From the NCBI GenBank assembly GCA_038142205.1, contig JAYQJO010000001.1:1205415-1269414 (forward strand): a DNA stretch of 64,000 nt. The letters run 5' to 3'. Below the pieces are notes generated by a model. It ran no database searches. It saw nothing but the letters and a program-made list of their open reading frames with translations, and was not told where the DNA came from. The position numbers were made by a program, and so were the translations under genes. Below are positions 61,782-64,000 of the stretch, piece by piece. This DNA comes from Pseudomonadota bacterium. Its GTDB lineage: Bacteria > Pseudomonadota > Gammaproteobacteria > Eutrophobiales > Eutrophobiaceae. The stretch's first letter is position 1. Each line of letters begins with the position of its first letter.

Positions 61782-63687
61782 GCCATGCCTGAAAAACGAG
61801 AATATCCCATAAATAATATTGCCAATTCTTTTTGCCAGATAAATGCTCTTGCCATTTTTTACTTATCAATTTTGAATTTAAATATCCTTCTTGTCGAATT
61901 CTATTTTCATTTAACAGACTATCTGCCCACTCTCTTAAAGGACCTCGTAACCAATTATCAAGAGGAACTCCAAAACCCATCTTTGGCCGTTCAAATAATT
62001 CTTGGGGCACGTACTTCTGCAACACTTGCCTCATCAACCATTTACTTTTTCCATTTCTAATCTTGAATTTCAATGGTAATTGCCACGAAAACTCTACTAC
62101 CCTATGGTCAATTAATGGTACTCGTGCTTCTAAAGAATTAGCCATACTGGCTCTATCAATTTTAGTAAGAATATCATCTGGTAAATATGTGTGATAATCT
62201 AAATACTCCATTCTTTCTATATATTCAGGAAGAAAACCTTGTATTGCCTCATCCCAAATAGCCCCTTTCTTTTCTTCACTGTTTAATACCAACTCATTAG
62301 GATTTTTCCAATGACTTAACAGGTATCGATAAAGCTCATCATCATTCTGCAGGAGTATGTCAGGGATTTTTCTAATTTTTTCGCCGAATTTAGAATCAGT
62401 TAAGCATGTTGGCATGGCATTTGAAAAAGCTCTTAAACGACCAGATTTTATGGAATTAATCATTAAAGATAATCCGTTTAAAAATGAATCAGGAAGTCTT
62501 TTTCTACTACGTTGTATTCGTTCAGCTAAAAAGTACCTATCATATCCAGCAAAACACTCATCACCACCGTCTCCAGATAATGCAACAGTGACATGTTGTC
62601 GTGCTAACTCAGAAACTAAAAATGTAGGGATCTGTGACGAATCAGAAAATGGTTCATCGTAAATATCCGGTAATTTTGGAATAACATTAAGCGCATCATC
62701 AGACGATACATATAATTCTGAATGATTTGTTTTTAAATGTTTTGCAATTATCGCTGCATGTTCTGCCTCATTATAGTTACTCTCTTCAAAACCTATGGTG
62801 AATGTGTTTATTGGACTTGATGATTGTGCTTGCATAAGAGCGACAACTAATGACGAATCAATGCCTCCAGAAAGAAAAGCACCCAATGGAACATCTGATA
62901 TCATTCTTCGTCCGACAGCATCTAACAATAATTCATTTAGTTTATTTGTAGCTTCAAAATCATTGAAATCAATTCTATTATAACTAGCTCGTTGAACAAT
63001 ATTAGATAACGACCAGTATGAATTTATTTTTGGTTCTTCTCCTAACCTGACTTTAAGAATACAACCTGCTTCAAGTTTAAATACGTTTTGATAAATAGAC
63101 ATAGGTGCTGGCACATAATTATGTCTCATAAAGCTGGCGAGAGCATCACGGTTTATACACGGACTCCATCCTTTATGTGCTCTTAATGCTTTTAGTTCTG
63201 AACCAAATAGGAAAAGACCATTAAAATTCCCATAGTACAATGGTTTTATTCCCATCCTATCTCTTACTAATGATAGTAAATTTAATTTACTATCCCATAC
63301 AGCAAAAGCAAACATTCCAATTAGTTTAGATACTGTATTTTCAACTCCCCACGTAGCGATAGCTTCAAGAAGTGTTTCTGTATCGGAATCACCTCGAAAA
63401 TTAATACCTAGTGATATTAATTCCTTCCTGATCTCAATGTGATTATAAATTTCACCATTATAAACCAAAACCCAACGGCCATTGTTTGACATCATTGGCT
63501 GCCGTCCAGACTTTGAAAGATCTATGACAGCTAGCCGAGTATGTCCAAGAGTAATCCCTTTATTCTTATCTACCCAAACACCTTGATCATCAGGCCCCCT
63601 CTTTCTAAGGATCTCAGTCATTGCAGAACAATCCGACTGCAATGATTCAATCGAATTATTAGTAAGTATTCCAGTAAGACCACACAT
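61765..63687 (-). CDS. Asparagine synthase (glutamine-hydrolysing)-family amidotransferase, second intact paralogue
   Basis: 640 aa: MCGLTGIL... GATase domain, SGGIDSS PP-loop, colinear with the 56219..58170 gene. Confidence 0.85.
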   Translation of the reverse strand: MCGLTGILTNNSIESLQSDCSAMTEILRKRGPDDQGVWVDKNKGITLGHTRLAVIDLSKSGRQPMMSNNGRWVLVYNGEIYNHIEIRKELISLGINFRGDSDTETLLEAIATWGVENTVSKLIGMFAFAVWDSKLNLLSLVRDRMGIKPLYYGNFNGLFLFGSELKALRAHKGWSPCINRDALASFMRHNYVPAPMSIYQNVFKLEAGCILKVRLGEEPKINSYWSLSNIVQRASYNRIDFNDFEATNKLNELLLDAVGRRMISDVPLGAFLSGGIDSSLVVALMQAQSSSPINTFTIGFEESNYNEAEHAAIIAKHLKTNHSELYVSSDDALNVIPKLPDIYDEPFSDSSQIPTFLVSELARQHVTVALSGDGGDECFAGYDRYFLAERIQRSRKRLPDSFLNGLSLMINSIKSGRLRAFSNAMPTCLTDSKFGEKIRKIPDILLQNDDELYRYLLSHWKNPNELVLNSEEKKGAIWDEAIQGFLPEYIERMEYLDYHTYLPDDILTKIDRASMANSLEARVPLIDHRVVEFSWQLPLKFKIRNGKSKWLMRQVLQKYVPQELFERPKMGFGVPLDNWLRGPLREWADSLLNENRIRQEGYLNSKLISKKWQEHLSGKKNWQYYLWDILVFQAWHERWM

Positions 63688-63806
63688 AATTAGAACCTAA
63701 TCAATAATTAAGGGTTAATTAAAATACTATTAGTAAGTAAGGAATGAAGAAAAAACGGTATTGGAAAAACATTAACTAAGATGGAATTATATTTACTAGA
63801 AAAATC

Positions 63807-64000
63807 TTTACTTAATATTTTGAAAAACGAACTCATTACACCCAATTCCACCTGCACATGTAATCAATTTTAATAATTGAAACTTTTGCATGTGATAAAA
63901 ATTAAATATTTCTTCTGGTTTTGCAACTTCAAAAGGCAAACCACCAACCCAATCAATAACGTCATACCAAGGAGACATACCGCGAACACTACTATAAGAA
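63807..64000 (-). CDS. Partial CDS (C-terminal end only; gene continues beyond position 64000), possibly a methyltransferase-like polysaccharide-modification protein
   Basis: Reverse translation ...SYSSVRGMSPWYDVIDWVGGLPFEVAKPEEIFNIF... ends in a stop near 63807. Confidence 0.3.

Overview
Low-GC gammaproteobacterial-type chromosome segment with three themes. (1) A ~16.4 kb co-directional minus-strand aromatic-catabolic supra-operon (532..16949): multicomponent phenol hydroxylase dmpKLMNOP, a 63-codon 4-oxalocrotonate tautomerase, a toluene-4-monooxygenase-type tmoABCDEF set, a meta-cleavage product hydrolase, a PanE-like reductase, a membrane transporter, a three-component Rieske oxygenase in ferredoxin-beta-alpha order, and a NahE-type hydratase-aldolase. 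A convergent XylR/DmpR-family sigma-54 activator and sigma-54 promoter motifs lie at 16989..20096. (2) A catechol 2,3-dioxygenase plus XylT ferredoxin operon lies next to a DUF1302-DUF1329 / MMPL-RND / Ycf48-like BNR module with a second DUF1329 paralogue. Housekeeping genes (ppsR/ppsA, uvrB, aspC, tRNA-Asn) follow. A DUF2779 Cas4-like nuclease gene sits between tRNA-Asn and a degenerate copy of that tRNA's 3' half. (3) A very AT-rich Wzx/Wzy-type O-antigen cluster (45706..63687) carries two AsnB-type amidotransferases, a protein-kinase-fold gene, and a (CTTATT)n coding repeat in wzy. Twenty-one apparently intact genes are split by single-base length errors, almost all in homopolymer runs, so they are reported as frameshifted CDS that most probably reflect sequencing error rather than gene decay. 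No IS element, integrase, CRISPR array or rRNA gene was seen.
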